Assembly (NCBI GenBank): GCA_964626705.1 | Contig: CAZVGL010000004.1 | Span: forward strand, 1-62,505 | Length of the DNA stretch: 62,505 bases | From: an uncultured Candidatus Saccharibacteria bacterium | GTDB taxonomy: Bacteria; Patescibacteriota; Minisyncoccia; Phycocordibacterales; UBA2163 | Direction of reading: 5' to 3' | Shown here: in pieces, positions 27,501-37,256 of the stretch | How positions within the stretch are numbered: the stretch's first letter is position 1 | Layout: every line of letters starts with the position of its first letter | Notes under the pieces: model-generated | What the model saw: the letters and a program-made list of their open reading frames with translations, nothing else | What the model was told of the DNA's origin: nothing | Database searches by the model: none | Position numbers and translations under genes: made by a program

Positions 27501-28049
27501 TTTGAAGTGAAAGACACAACAATACTTGACGATATGGAAAAAATAAGAAAAATAGCTTCGCTTGGGCTTGAGGCGCGAGCTAATGTAAATATAAAAGTAC
27601 GGCAACCCTTGGCTTCGCTTAAGTTAAAAACTGAAGGAGGAAAGCTGGACGATGGTTTATTGCAGTTAGTTAGGGATGAGGTGAATGTAAAAGAGATTTT
27701 GTTTGTCGCGGAAGAAGGTCTTTCCTCGGGTAGCGAAGCGGACGGAGGTGAGACCTTGGGGAGCGATATTGTTGAGCTAGATACAAACCTTACGCAAGAA
27801 CTTAAAGACGAGGGTGTCGTGCGTGAACTCACTCGTGCTATTCAAGGTGCAAGAAAAGTCGCAGAGCTTACCCCACAGGATTTTATAAACTTAGATGTCG
27901 AGACAGATAACAAAGGACAGTCCTTTGTAGAAAAGTTTGAAGAGCAAATAAAAACAGGAGCTCTTATAAAAGAAATCAGTTTCACCAAAACAGAAGGCGA
28001 CGAAATAAATGTAGATCCATATATATTCAAGTTTAAGGTAATAAAATAG
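24525..28049 (+). CDS. ileS: Isoleucine--tRNA ligase (type 2-like) with inserted histidine-phosphatase domain and in-frame repeat insertion
   Basis: GWDTHGLP, WTTTPWTLP, DWAISRERYW, KMSKS; RHA phosphatase insert at about 26019..26595. Confidence 0.96.
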   Translation: MENKNEQKNEIAKNEIAQKEEEVLKFWGENQIFKKSDEKEAPNGEFIFYEGPPTANGKPGMHHMEARAFKDAIPRYKTMQGFHVRRKAGWDTHGLPVEIQVEKELELHSKKDIEEYGIANFNKKCKESVWKYVDLWEKFTDRIGFWLDKENPYITYEPEYMESVWNVVKKVDDQKLLYKDYRIVNWCPRCGTGLSSHELAQGYQEVHDMSVYVKFKVKNKENTYLLAWTTTPWTLPGNVALAVGEKIKYKMLKADGENLILAEDRVEDVMKDKEYEVVEDLSGKDLTKYEYEPLYSYLEDTLPESETKKLKNAYKVYEADFVNTEDGTGIVHTAVMYGADDFILGTENDLPKHHIVNEDGRFISGTDFLEGKKVRGSNDEIIEDLEKKEILFDKERIKHTYPHCWRCKTALIYYARDSWYIRMSDLRDKLVKENNTINWEPEHIKEGRFGEWVREVKDWAISRERYWATPLPVWQNDKGENTVIGSIEELKKYTKKSGNKYFVMRHAEAENNTLSVISSKADNPHHVTEKGKEQMVDAIKQLKKEKIDLIIASPFVRTRETAEIAADGIGIDKSQIIYEQRIQELDAGDLEGVSVEEYHAYFDSTKECFEKGCPGGENYVQIKSRMGNFIYDIENKYKGKNILIVTHDAPGWLLINAAYGYSGEKAVAQRKDDKDHFIFNAEIKKLNFVPLPHNENYELDLHRPYIDEVELVDEKGNKLTRVKEVMDVWFDSGAMPYAQDHYPFENKELIEGGGYPADFISEAIDQTRGWFYTLHAIGALMCRGKAYKNVISLGHILDKKGKKMSKSVGNVVDPWEMTDKYGVDALRFWMYTVNQPGDSKNFEERSVDEVVKKVFNLLNNIVKFYELYSIKEQVFDDKHTKSGNVLDVWILAKLNKLKENTTKSLDEYHLFEPAREVREFIADFSQWYVRRSRDRFKTTGGDKEYALATTRFVLLELSKLMAPFTPFIAEQVYQKVRSIDMAESVHLESWPEFEVKDTTILDDMEKIRKIASLGLEARANVNIKVRQPLASLKLKTEGGKLDDGLLQLVRDEVNVKEILFVAEEGLSSGSEADGGETLGSDIVELDTNLTQELKDEGVVRELTRAIQGARKVAELTPQDFINLDVETDNKGQSFVEKFEEQIKTGALIKEISFTKTEGDEINVDPYIFKFKVIK
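27708..27764 (-). repeat. Family B repeat inserted in frame in ileS
   Basis: 57 nt; reverse complement is near-identical to 59931..59985; encodes AEEGLSSGSEADGGETLGS. Confidence 0.85.
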
Positions 28050-28050
28050 C

Positions 28051-28653
28051 ATGTCACATACTCTATACAGTACAGAATGTATAGTCCTAGGAAGTATTGA
28101 TTCTGGCGAGGCAAATAGATATATCTCTTTGTTTACAAAAGAGATGGGTTTTGTGCGTGCTGTTGCAAAGAGTGTACGAGAAGAAAGGTCAAAACTTCGA
28201 TACTCTCTACAAGCTTTCTCGTTTACAAATGCAACACTTGTTCGTGGGCGTGAAGTGTGGAGAATAACAGGTGCAGAAGAGAAGTATAGTTTGCATCATG
28301 ATTTGAAACATGACAGTAATAAATTATTTGCAATTACGCAGATATTAAATCTCTTAAACAGGCTTTTGCATGGAGAAGAGAAGAATGATTATCTTTTTAA
28401 TACTTTGTCAGATGGTTTAGAATATCTGCGTGCAAATAATATGGACGAAGAAGCTATAAAAAATTTTGAACATCTTATAGTCCTTCGTATGCTTTACTCG
28501 CTTGGGTATATTGCAAAAGAAAAAGAAAAAGACAACCTTGCCGAATTATTACAGCTAACTGTGGTGGATGAAGGATTGTTAATAAAAACACAATCTGAAC
28601 GAAAACAAGTTTTATTTGCTATAAATAGAGCGTTGAAGGAAGCGCATCTGTAG
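28051..28653 (+). CDS. recO: DNA repair protein RecO
   Basis: N-terminal OB fold: GEANRYISLFTKEMG.V.A.AK.VR..RSKL. Confidence 0.85.
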   Translation: MSHTLYSTECIVLGSIDSGEANRYISLFTKEMGFVRAVAKSVREERSKLRYSLQAFSFTNATLVRGREVWRITGAEEKYSLHHDLKHDSNKLFAITQILNLLNRLLHGEEKNDYLFNTLSDGLEYLRANNMDEEAIKNFEHLIVLRMLYSLGYIAKEKEKDNLAELLQLTVVDEGLLIKTQSERKQVLFAINRALKEAHL

Positions 28654-28668
28654 TGGTATAATAATATT

Positions 28669-30588
28669 ATGTCAAAAGATAAAAATAGGAGCAGTATAGA
28701 CGAAATGCGTAAAAGCTTATACCGACGTGGTGTTGAAAAGCTCGGCTCAAAAAAACGAAGACCCCTTCAAGCTATTGATTATGGTACAAAAACACAATGG
28801 TCTGACCAAGGTGAAAAGCCAGCTTTTAAGGAAAAGAAGAAGCGTCGCTCAACATTGTCAGTGCTTCTTGTTGCATCTCTTGTATTTTTTATCATAGCTA
28901 TTGGTATATCTGCATTTTTCATATATGGAGGTTCAAATGTTGTCTCGTCTCAAAATATCGATATTAGTATAGAAGGTCCTGTGACTATAAGTGGTGGGGA
29001 AGAACTTTCTTTGCAGATAGCTATCACAAATAAAAATAATATACCTATAAAACTAGCTGATTTACTTGTTGAATATCCAAATGGTACTCGCAGTGCGACT
29101 GATATATCAAAGGCATTACCAAGGTATCGTGAGCCAGTTGGTACTGTAAAGTCTGGAGAAACGCTACAGAGAACAGTAAAAGCAATACTGTTAGGGTCAG
29201 AAGATACTAAACAAAATGTTAAAGTTACTGTCGAATACAGAACTGATGATTCAAACGCTATTTTCTTTACAGAAGAAACTTATGAAGTGACTTTGGTTTC
29301 TTCACCACTTAGTCTTACTGTCTCAAATGTTGAAGAGGTGACGTCTGGTCAGGAGGTTGAGTTTGATGTGGTTGTTACGTCTAATTCAAATACAATTATA
29401 AAAAATGCATTGCTTGAAGTGGAATATCCTTTTGGTTTTGAATTTGTCTCAGCTACTCCAGCGCCGGCATTTACAGATAGTGTGTGGGACTTGGGAGATA
29501 TACAGCCAGAGAGTAGTAGGAAAATAAAGTTACGAGGGATTATCCTTGGAGAAAATGAAGAAGAAAGAGTGCTTAGGTTCTCAAGTGGTGTACAAGATGA
29601 AAGAGATGAAAAAGAAATAGGCGTAGCTTTTATTACATCTACAAAATCAATATTTGTTAAAAAATCTTTTATAGAAGTTGATCTTGCTCTAAATGGAAAC
29701 AAGTCTTCAGAATATGTGTCTGGGCTCGGTGATGATATACGTGCAGATATAACATGGACAAATAATATGCCAGTCAGTGTTTCAGATATTGAGATTGAGA
29801 TTAGGTTCTCTGGCTCATCCCTTGATAAACTATCAGTATCCGCAGACCGTGGTTTCTATAATTCATCTACAAATACTCTTACTTTTAGCAGAGAGACAAA
29901 CGACGACCTTGCATCACTATCTCCTGGTGAGCAGGGAAGAGCAAAGTTCTCTTTTGCATCTTTGGGACAATCTTCAGGAAGTATATTTAAGAATCCAGAA
30001 ATATTGCTTGATATAACTGTGAAAGGAAAACGTATCTCAGAAAGCCAAGTACCACAGACTATAGATTCGTCAGTAAAAAGAACAGTAAAGCTTGCTTCGG
30101 ATCTCTTGCTCGCACCACGTTCGGTTTTCTTTGTAGGGCCGTTTACAAATACAGGTCCTGTACCACCTAAAGCTGAAAACGAAACGACGTATACTATTAT
30201 CTGGACTATTACTAACTCTTCAAATATAGTAGATAACACTACTGTCACTGCGACTCTTCCTTCGTATGTACGTTGGACAGGTAATACAAGTCCGTCAAGT
30301 GAGAAAATATCTTTTAACCCTGATGGTGGTAAGATAACGTGGGACGTTGGTAGTGTGAAGCCAAAGTCAGATGTCTCAAGTACAGGGCAAAGGGAGATCG
30401 CGTTTCAGGTGGCGCTTCTGCCTAGTTTGAGCCAGATAGGTGATATGCCAATACTTGTAAATGAGCAAACGATAACAGGAACTGACCGCTTCTCTGAAAC
30501 ACAGATAAGTGCTACAAAAAGAGAATTAACAACACGCCTTTTCACAGATCCAAATTTTGCAACAGAATGGGCTCATGTAGTAGAGTAA
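28669..30588 (+). CDS. Membrane-anchored protein with tandem Ig-like (DUF11-like) domains
   Basis: Basic N-terminus, one TM, repeated beta-rich modules (YTIIWTITN, ITWDVGSV). Confidence 0.75.
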   Translation: MSKDKNRSSIDEMRKSLYRRGVEKLGSKKRRPLQAIDYGTKTQWSDQGEKPAFKEKKKRRSTLSVLLVASLVFFIIAIGISAFFIYGGSNVVSSQNIDISIEGPVTISGGEELSLQIAITNKNNIPIKLADLLVEYPNGTRSATDISKALPRYREPVGTVKSGETLQRTVKAILLGSEDTKQNVKVTVEYRTDDSNAIFFTEETYEVTLVSSPLSLTVSNVEEVTSGQEVEFDVVVTSNSNTIIKNALLEVEYPFGFEFVSATPAPAFTDSVWDLGDIQPESSRKIKLRGIILGENEEERVLRFSSGVQDERDEKEIGVAFITSTKSIFVKKSFIEVDLALNGNKSSEYVSGLGDDIRADITWTNNMPVSVSDIEIEIRFSGSSLDKLSVSADRGFYNSSTNTLTFSRETNDDLASLSPGEQGRAKFSFASLGQSSGSIFKNPEILLDITVKGKRISESQVPQTIDSSVKRTVKLASDLLLAPRSVFFVGPFTNTGPVPPKAENETTYTIIWTITNSSNIVDNTTVTATLPSYVRWTGNTSPSSEKISFNPDGGKITWDVGSVKPKSDVSSTGQREIAFQVALLPSLSQIGDMPILVNEQTITGTDRFSETQISATKRELTTRLFTDPNFATEWAHVVE

Positions 30589-30614
30589 TATACGCGGGAT
30601 AAAAAATAAAAATT

Positions 30615-31898
30615 ATGAAAAAAGAAGAAGGAAAAATGGAGAAAATAGTATCACTGGCAAAACGAAGGGGTTTTGTGTATCAAGGTTCTGAGATATGGGG
30701 AGGGCTTTCTGGTATGTGGGATTATGGACCTCTTGGTGTTGCTTTAAAAAATAATATAAAGAATTCTTGGTGGAAAAAGTTTGTGGATGATCGTGAAAAC
30801 ATGTATGGACTTGATGCAGCTATAATAATGAATTCAAAAGTCTGGGAAGCAAGTGGGCATCTTAAAAATTTTACAGAAAAACTTGTTGAATGTAGTAAAT
30901 GTAATACACAATTTCGTGCCGATCAGTTAAAAGAAAAAAAATGTTCTAAATGTGGAGGTGAATTAAAAGAAGAACAGCAGTTTAATGAAATGTTTGAAAC
31001 AAATGTGGGCGCTTCAAAAGATTCGTCGTCTGTCGCATATCTTCGTCCAGAGACTGCACAAGGTATATTTTCAAACTTTAAAAATATTATTGATTCATTT
31101 CATCCGAAACTGCCGTTTGGTATAGCGCAGATTGGTAAAGCATTTAGAAACGAAATAAATGCGCGAGAGTTTCTTTTTAGAACACGAGAGTTTGAACAAA
31201 TGGAAATAGAATTCTTTTTTAAGGGAGATGAATGGGAAAAACATTTTGAAGACTGGAGAGGGTATTCATGGGAATGGCTTAATGAACTAGGCCTTACAAA
31301 AGAGAGTGTGCATGAGCTGGATGTTGAAGATAAAGACAGAGCTCATTACTCAAAGAAAACTATTGATTTTGAATATGATTTCCCGTTTGGTAGAAGTGAG
31401 CTTTTTGGTCTTGCATACAGGACTGATTATGACCTTACAAACCATGGTGTAGATTATCTTGATGATGTGGCTGGTGAAAAGTTCGTGCCACATGTAATAG
31501 AACCATCATATGGTGTAGATAGGGTGATGTTTGCTCTACTTAATGAAGCTTATACAGAAGACGAGCTAAATGGAGAAAAAAGAGTATATCTTAAATTTAA
31601 ACCAAATATCGCACCTGTAAAGGTGGCAGTTTTTCCTCTTCTTAAGAATAAGCCAGAGCTTGTGACAAAAGCACGAGAAGTGTTTGATATGATACGAAAA
31701 GAAGTACCGCAAACAATGTTTGACGATAATGGTAATATCGGTAAAAGATATAGAAGACAAGACGAAATAGGTACACCAAACTGCATAACTATAGACTTCG
31801 ATACACTTGAAGATGACACAGTAACTCTACGTGACCGCGACACCGGCGAGCAAAAGCGTATAAAGGTAGAAGAAATCATTTCATCTATTTTTATATAG
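30615..31898 (+). CDS. glyQS: Glycine--tRNA ligase, homodimeric type
   Basis: YLRPETAQG, FRNEI, REFEQME, GKRYRRQDEIGTP. Confidence 0.97.
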   Translation: MKKEEGKMEKIVSLAKRRGFVYQGSEIWGGLSGMWDYGPLGVALKNNIKNSWWKKFVDDRENMYGLDAAIIMNSKVWEASGHLKNFTEKLVECSKCNTQFRADQLKEKKCSKCGGELKEEQQFNEMFETNVGASKDSSSVAYLRPETAQGIFSNFKNIIDSFHPKLPFGIAQIGKAFRNEINAREFLFRTREFEQMEIEFFFKGDEWEKHFEDWRGYSWEWLNELGLTKESVHELDVEDKDRAHYSKKTIDFEYDFPFGRSELFGLAYRTDYDLTNHGVDYLDDVAGEKFVPHVIEPSYGVDRVMFALLNEAYTEDELNGEKRVYLKFKPNIAPVKVAVFPLLKNKPELVTKAREVFDMIRKEVPQTMFDDNGNIGKRYRRQDEIGTPNCITIDFDTLEDDTVTLRDRDTGEQKRIKVEEIISSIFI

Positions 31899-31916
31899 TG
31901 TTATTATATTAGTAAT

Positions 31917-33005
31917 ATGGAACATTTGAAAAATATGAATATTACGATAAGTTCTGGAACTATTATAAAAAGTATTTTGTTTGTGCTTTTGGTTGCGGCA
32001 CTGTTCTTCTTAAAAGATTTGGTGCTTATTCTTGTCACAGCGATAGTTATAGCATCAGCGATCGAGCCTATTACAAGATGGTTCGTCGGATACAAAGTAC
32101 CGAGAGTTATCGCAGTGCTTATGGTATATGTGCTCATACTGCTCGCACTTTTAAGTATATTTTATTTCTTTGTTCCAACTTTACTTCAAGAAACTTCAAA
32201 CTTCCTTACATTTTTACCTACGTATACAAACTCTATTGACCTCTCTAGTACTATCGGCGGTGATTTCTTTGGTGCTCCAGAATCTATAGTAAAAACTTTC
32301 TCTATTAAAGATGCATTGCAGTCTCTTCAGGAGTCGTTTAGTAATTTGTCTCAGGGCTTTATACAATCGATCAGTGTTATCTTTGGTGGTGCGATGAGCT
32401 TTATCCTTATAATTGTGTTCTCTTTTTATTTTGCTGTGCAGGAAACAGGTATCGATGACTTTCTTCGTGTTGTAACGCCTGTAAAGCATCAGGGTTATAT
32501 ACTCGATCTTTGGCGACGCTCACAAGTGAAGATCGGCCGGTGGATGCAAGGACAGCTTATACTCGCACTTATCGTAGGTGTGTTGGTATATATGGGACTT
32601 ACTATACTTGATGTTAGGTATGCATTATTGCTCGCAGTACTTGCAGGTGTGTTTGAGCTTATACCACTTTTCGGAGCGTTTTTGGCGGCAGTTCCTGGTA
32701 TCGCCATCGCTTCTGTTGATGGAGGTATTACCCTTGGGCTTATGGTAACAGGTCTTTATTTGATAATAAGTCAGTTTGAAAATCATCTTATTTATCCGCT
32801 TGTTGTTACTAAGGTTGTAGGTGTGCCACCTCTTATGGTGATTATCGCGCTTATTGTAGGTTTTCAAACAGCTGGGTTCTTAGGTGTCATTCTCTCTGTT
32901 CCTGTTGCTGCTATCGTTCAAGAACTTATAAAAGATGTGCAAAAAGAAAAAGCGACATTCTTGAAAAAACATCCACAAAAGACTAGTATTGAGGGTAATG
33001 GATAA
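31917..33005 (+). CDS. AI-2E (PerM) family transporter
   Basis: ELIPLFG, QFENHLIYP.V, GFLGVILSVP. Confidence 0.9.
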   Translation: MEHLKNMNITISSGTIIKSILFVLLVAALFFLKDLVLILVTAIVIASAIEPITRWFVGYKVPRVIAVLMVYVLILLALLSIFYFFVPTLLQETSNFLTFLPTYTNSIDLSSTIGGDFFGAPESIVKTFSIKDALQSLQESFSNLSQGFIQSISVIFGGAMSFILIIVFSFYFAVQETGIDDFLRVVTPVKHQGYILDLWRRSQVKIGRWMQGQLILALIVGVLVYMGLTILDVRYALLLAVLAGVFELIPLFGAFLAAVPGIAIASVDGGITLGLMVTGLYLIISQFENHLIYPLVVTKVVGVPPLMVIIALIVGFQTAGFLGVILSVPVAAIVQELIKDVQKEKATFLKKHPQKTSIEGNG

Positions 33006-34416
33006 AAATTTATATCTAACAACGACACTTCCATATGTAAATGCTGACCCACACATAGGGGCGGCGTTTGAGTTTGTGACGGCTGATATTATCGCTCGAC
33101 ACCACAGACTTTCGGGTGACAATGTATTTTTTAATACTGGAGTAGATGAGCATGGACAAAAAGTTTATACAAAAGCGCTTGAAGCAAAACAAGATCCGCA
33201 AGAATATGTAAATGAGTATGCGGAGAAGTTTCATGTTTTAAAAAATACTCTTAACTTAAGTTATGATAACTTCATACGAACCACTGACGAGCATCATAAA
33301 AAAGCTGCGCAAGAGTTTTGGAAGCAGAGTCTTGCGAAAGGGGATATTTATAAAAAGCAATACAAGACAAAGTACTGTGTAAGCTGTGAGCTTGAAAGAA
33401 CAGACTCAGAGCTTGTGGACGGGTGTTGCCCAGAGCACTTGGATAAAGAGCTTGAGACAGTAGAAGAGGAAAACTATTTCTTTAAATTTTCAAAATATCA
33501 AGAACCACTCCTAGAGCTATATAAAGAAAATCCAGAACTTGTAGTACCAAGCTTTCGGTTTAATGAAATAATAAAGTTTGTAGAAAGAGGGCTGGAAGAT
33601 TTTAGTATTTCGCGTTTGAAAAGTAAGATGCCTTGGGGTGTACCTGTACCAGACGATGATGAGCATGTTATGTATGTGTGGTTCGACGCGCTTGTAAACT
33701 ATATCTCTGCTATAGGTTGGCCAGAAAATATAGAAGAGTTTGAAAAATGGTGGCCTGTGACACAGTTTGCTGGCAAAGACCAAGTAAGACAACAGGCTGC
33801 TATGTGGCAGGCTATGCTTATGTCGGTGGACCTTCCGCCTTCAAAGCAGATTGTAATACATGGGTTTATTACATTAGATGGTGAGAAGATGAGTAAGAGT
33901 ATTGGGAATGTTATAAATCCGGAAGATTTGGTAAAAGAATATGGAGTAGACGCTCTGCGGTATTACTTGGCACGACATATTAATCCGTTTGAAGACAGTG
34001 ATTTCACAAAAGATAAATTTAAAGAAGCTTATAATGCAAACTTGGCAAATGGTGTAGGAAATTTAACTGCGAGGATAATGAAGCTTGCAGAAACTCATTT
34101 AGACAAACCGGTAGAACTTCCAGACACACAGCTACCTCCGAACTTGGTAAGTCTGATAGAGAGTTTTGAAATAAGTAAAGCAATGGATCTGATATGGGAG
34201 CACGTGGGGGACTTGGATGGGTATATACAAACTGAAAAGCCTTTTAGTGTAATAAAAGAAGATAAAGAAAAAGGTATTGAACTTATACAAAATATAACTA
34301 TAAAACTTCATTCTGTAGGACAGATGCTTGAGCCAATTTTGCCTGAAACGTCAGAAAAAATAAAAAATGCAGTACTCGAAAACAAAATGCCCGAAACTTT
34401 GTTTGAAAGGAAATAA
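32998..34416 (+). CDS. metG: Methionine--tRNA ligase (short form)
   Basis: LPYVNADPHIG, YVWFDALVNY, KMSKS. Confidence 0.97.
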   Translation: MDKNLYLTTTLPYVNADPHIGAAFEFVTADIIARHHRLSGDNVFFNTGVDEHGQKVYTKALEAKQDPQEYVNEYAEKFHVLKNTLNLSYDNFIRTTDEHHKKAAQEFWKQSLAKGDIYKKQYKTKYCVSCELERTDSELVDGCCPEHLDKELETVEEENYFFKFSKYQEPLLELYKENPELVVPSFRFNEIIKFVERGLEDFSISRLKSKMPWGVPVPDDDEHVMYVWFDALVNYISAIGWPENIEEFEKWWPVTQFAGKDQVRQQAAMWQAMLMSVDLPPSKQIVIHGFITLDGEKMSKSIGNVINPEDLVKEYGVDALRYYLARHINPFEDSDFTKDKFKEAYNANLANGVGNLTARIMKLAETHLDKPVELPDTQLPPNLVSLIESFEISKAMDLIWEHVGDLDGYIQTEKPFSVIKEDKEKGIELIQNITIKLHSVGQMLEPILPETSEKIKNAVLENKMPETLFERK

Positions 34417-34425
34417 AAAACCTAA

Positions 34426-35232
34426 ATGAAACCGAAATATTTTGATATACATGGGCATATTAATTTTGATAGCTTTGGCGATGATAGAGATGAGGTTATA
34501 AAAAGGATGCGCGATGATGGCGTGTGGGGTATCTCTGTGGGGACTGATCTGACGACTTCTAAAGAGGTGGTAGAGCTTGCAGATAAAAATGAAAATATTT
34601 ATGCTACCGTTGGACTTCACCCAGACGATAACGAACATGAGGATTTTAAAAAGCAGGATTATGTAGAGCTTGTAAAAAATAAAAAAGTGGTAGCGGTGGG
34701 CGAGTGTGGTCTAGACTACTTTAGGATCAAAGATGGCGAGGAAGAGGAAACTAAAAAAAGACAAAAAGAAAACTTTATAAAACAAATAGAGTTTGCACTT
34801 GAGAATGATTTACCACTGATGCTTCACTTCAGACCATCTGGGAAAAGTATGGACGCATATGAAGATGGACTTGAAATATTAAATAAATATAAAAAAGAGC
34901 ACGGAGCAAAACTTCGGGGTAACTCACATTTTTTTGCGGGAAATCTAGATATCGCAAAGAGGTTTGTTGGGTTTGGTTTTACACTCTCTTTTACTGGAGT
35001 TATAACTTTTGCAGATAGCTATGATGAGATAATAAAAGAGATACCATTTGAAAGTATAATGGCAGAGACTGACTGTCCGTTCGTCGCGCCTGTGCCGTAT
35101 AGGGGAAGTAGATGTGAGCCAGTGCATGTAAAAGAGGTAATTAGGCGAATTGCTGAAATAAGAGGCGAAGATGAAGAAAAAGTCCGTGAGATTCTTGTAA
35201 ATAACGCTTTTAGGGTATTTTTGAACGGCTAA
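34426..35232 (+). CDS. tatD: TatD-family hydrolase
   Basis: DIHGH, GLHP, GECGLDY, ETDCP. Confidence 0.93.
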   Translation: MKPKYFDIHGHINFDSFGDDRDEVIKRMRDDGVWGISVGTDLTTSKEVVELADKNENIYATVGLHPDDNEHEDFKKQDYVELVKNKKVVAVGECGLDYFRIKDGEEEETKKRQKENFIKQIEFALENDLPLMLHFRPSGKSMDAYEDGLEILNKYKKEHGAKLRGNSHFFAGNLDIAKRFVGFGFTLSFTGVITFADSYDEIIKEIPFESIMAETDCPFVAPVPYRGSRCEPVHVKEVIRRIAEIRGEDEEKVREILVNNAFRVFLNG

Positions 35233-35323
35233 GCTTCAATAAAGTTTAGCCATTGGTAAGGTAGGGCTTTAAATAGCGCTTTCTGTTGCTTTATAAAGAA
35301 CTGTGTGCTAATATGCTCTTTAC

Positions 35324-35896
35324 ATGGCAGAAGATATTATAAAAGAAGAAATAGCTCAGGATGGAGCAGATGAGGCTGAAACTCAGGTATATGAGCTCGG
35401 TTTTCACATTGTGCCATCTGTAGAAGAGGGTGATGTTGCTTCTGAGGTAGATACTATAAAGGCTCTTGTCGAGAAAAATGGAGGAGTGTTTATATCAGAA
35501 GAATCTCCAAAACTTATCGACCTTGCATATACTATAATAAAAGCAATTGAAGGTAAGAAAGAAAGGTTTGATACAGCGTATTTTGGATGGATAAAATTTG
35601 AAATGAAAACAGACAGTATAGGGGTGGTTAAAGAAGAGATCGATCTTAATAAAAATGTTTTGCGATATTTGATTATAAAGACTGTAAAGGAATCAACTCT
35701 TACACCAAAAACTGCAGTTTTTGCAAAAGAGGATGTATCTAGAAAGCCAGCGCCGAAAACTAATACAGCAAGTTCAGAAAAGGTAGAAGAGGATGTAAAG
35801 AAAGCAGATGAGGTTGAAAAACCTGTTGTTAAAGAAAAGAAAGAACCAGTGTCAGAAGAAGATCTTGATAAAACTATTGAAGAATTAGTAGTATAA
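35324..35896 (+). CDS. rpsF: 30S ribosomal protein S6 with acidic extensions
   Basis: YELGF, LAYTI, VLRYLII; rpsF-ssb-rpsR synteny. Confidence 0.92.
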   Translation: MAEDIIKEEIAQDGADEAETQVYELGFHIVPSVEEGDVASEVDTIKALVEKNGGVFISEESPKLIDLAYTIIKAIEGKKERFDTAYFGWIKFEMKTDSIGVVKEEIDLNKNVLRYLIIKTVKESTLTPKTAVFAKEDVSRKPAPKTNTASSEKVEEDVKKADEVEKPVVKEKKEPVSEEDLDKTIEELVV

Positions 35897-35905
35897 TAAA
35901 ATTAT

Positions 35906-36358
35906 ATGTATCTAAACAAAGCATTGGTATATGGAAATTTGACAAGAGACCCAGAGCTTAAAGCTCTTCCTTCAGGATCTCAGGTTACTACTTTTTCTGT
36001 AGCGACGAATCGTGTGTGGAAAGATAAAGATGGAGCAAAGCAAGAAAGTCCTGAGTTTCATAATATCGTAGTCTTTGGAAGACAAGCAGAGACTGTTGCA
36101 CAGTATTTGAAAAAGGGGAGTTCAGCGCTTGTAGAAGGAAGAATGCAAACAAGAAGTTGGGAGAGTGACGGTGTTAAAAAGTATCGTACAGAGATAGTGG
36201 CAGATAGAGTACAGTTTGGTCCAAGAAGTGGAGGCGCTGGTGCTCCCACAGCTACAGTGTCTACGGGAGGTGCAGATGTACCACAGGCACAAGCTCCAGC
36301 ACCAGCAGATATAGAATACCCAGAAGAAGATATTAAACCAGAAGATATACCATTTTAA
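35906..36358 (+). CDS. ssb: Single-stranded DNA-binding protein
   Basis: LNKALVYGNLTRDPEL, C-terminal DIPF. Confidence 0.98.
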   Translation: MYLNKALVYGNLTRDPELKALPSGSQVTTFSVATNRVWKDKDGAKQESPEFHNIVVFGRQAETVAQYLKKGSSALVEGRMQTRSWESDGVKKYRTEIVADRVQFGPRSGGAGAPTATVSTGGADVPQAQAPAPADIEYPEEDIKPEDIPF

Positions 36359-36360
36359 TT

Positions 36361-36561
36361 ATGAATAAAGATTTTTTCTCAAAAAATAATATAAAACACA
36401 TAGACTACAAAGATGTAGAGCTTCTTAAGAATTTCCTAAAAACTCACGGAAGAATCACTCAACGTATGAATACAGGAGCAACAGCAGGTGAACAAAGAAA
36501 GCTTGCTCAAGCTATCAAGAGAGCTAGGTTTATGGCACTACTTCCTTTTACTATACAGTAG
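36361..36561 (+). CDS. rpsR: 30S ribosomal protein S18
   Basis: IDYKDVELL, QRKLAQAIKRARFMALLP. Confidence 0.97.
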   Translation: MNKDFFSKNNIKHIDYKDVELLKNFLKTHGRITQRMNTGATAGEQRKLAQAIKRARFMALLPFTIQ

Positions 36562-36623
36562 TAGATAATACCTCCACATATTCATTTGAAAAAATCCCCC
36601 AGCGGGGATTTTTTTCTTTGCTA

Positions 36624-37187
36624 TTATGATACACGCTCTGCATATTCACCTGTTTCAGTATTTACTTTTATTATATCTCCTTCATTTATAAAAATAGGTG
36701 CATTTACTACAGCTCCAGTTTCCAGAGTGACTTGTTTGTTTGCACCTTGCGCGGTGTTACCACGGACGGCAGGAGGAGCTTCTGTCACTTTAAGTTCGGC
36801 TTTTATAGGTATTTTAATACTTATAACTTCATCGTCAAAAATGAGAGCTATTATTTCAGAGTTTTCTTTTATAAACTTCATTTGGTCACCGACTATATCT
36901 TCGTTTAAGTTAAAGCGTTTACTTTTATCATCTATATCTCTAAACCAAAACTCACCTTTGTTGCTATATAAATAGACGATAGTCTTTGTTTCTATATCGG
37001 CTTCTTTGGCATTGTCTGATTGCTGGAGTGATTTCTCAGCAGTCTTTCCTGTCATAAGGTTCTTAAGTTTTACTTGGTTCACAGGTTTCCTTTGTTGTTT
37101 CCTTAGGATATTAGAAGAAAGTACTTCATATGGCGCGCCATCAAGTACTATAAACTTGCCTTTTGTTATGTCATTATAATCAAGCAT
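36624..37187 (-). CDS. efp: Elongation factor P
   Basis: PPAVRGNTA, LETG, P.FINEG, NTETGEY. Confidence 0.95.
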   Translation of the reverse strand: MLDYNDITKGKFIVLDGAPYEVLSSNILRKQQRKPVNQVKLKNLMTGKTAEKSLQQSDNAKEADIETKTIVYLYSNKGEFWFRDIDDKSKRFNLNEDIVGDQMKFIKENSEIIALIFDDEVISIKIPIKAELKVTEAPPAVRGNTAQGANKQVTLETGAVVNAPIFINEGDIIKVNTETGEYAERVS

Positions 37188-37256
37188 ATTGTTGTATTGT
37201 GACTTTTATATTTCCATATATGTTGCAAAAAGTAAATAGGTCGATATAATTGCGAG

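Noticed and set aside
36361-36624. Loss of rplI (L9) after rpsF-ssb-rpsR
   Set aside because: rplI is often unlinked; absence from one window is not evidence of loss.
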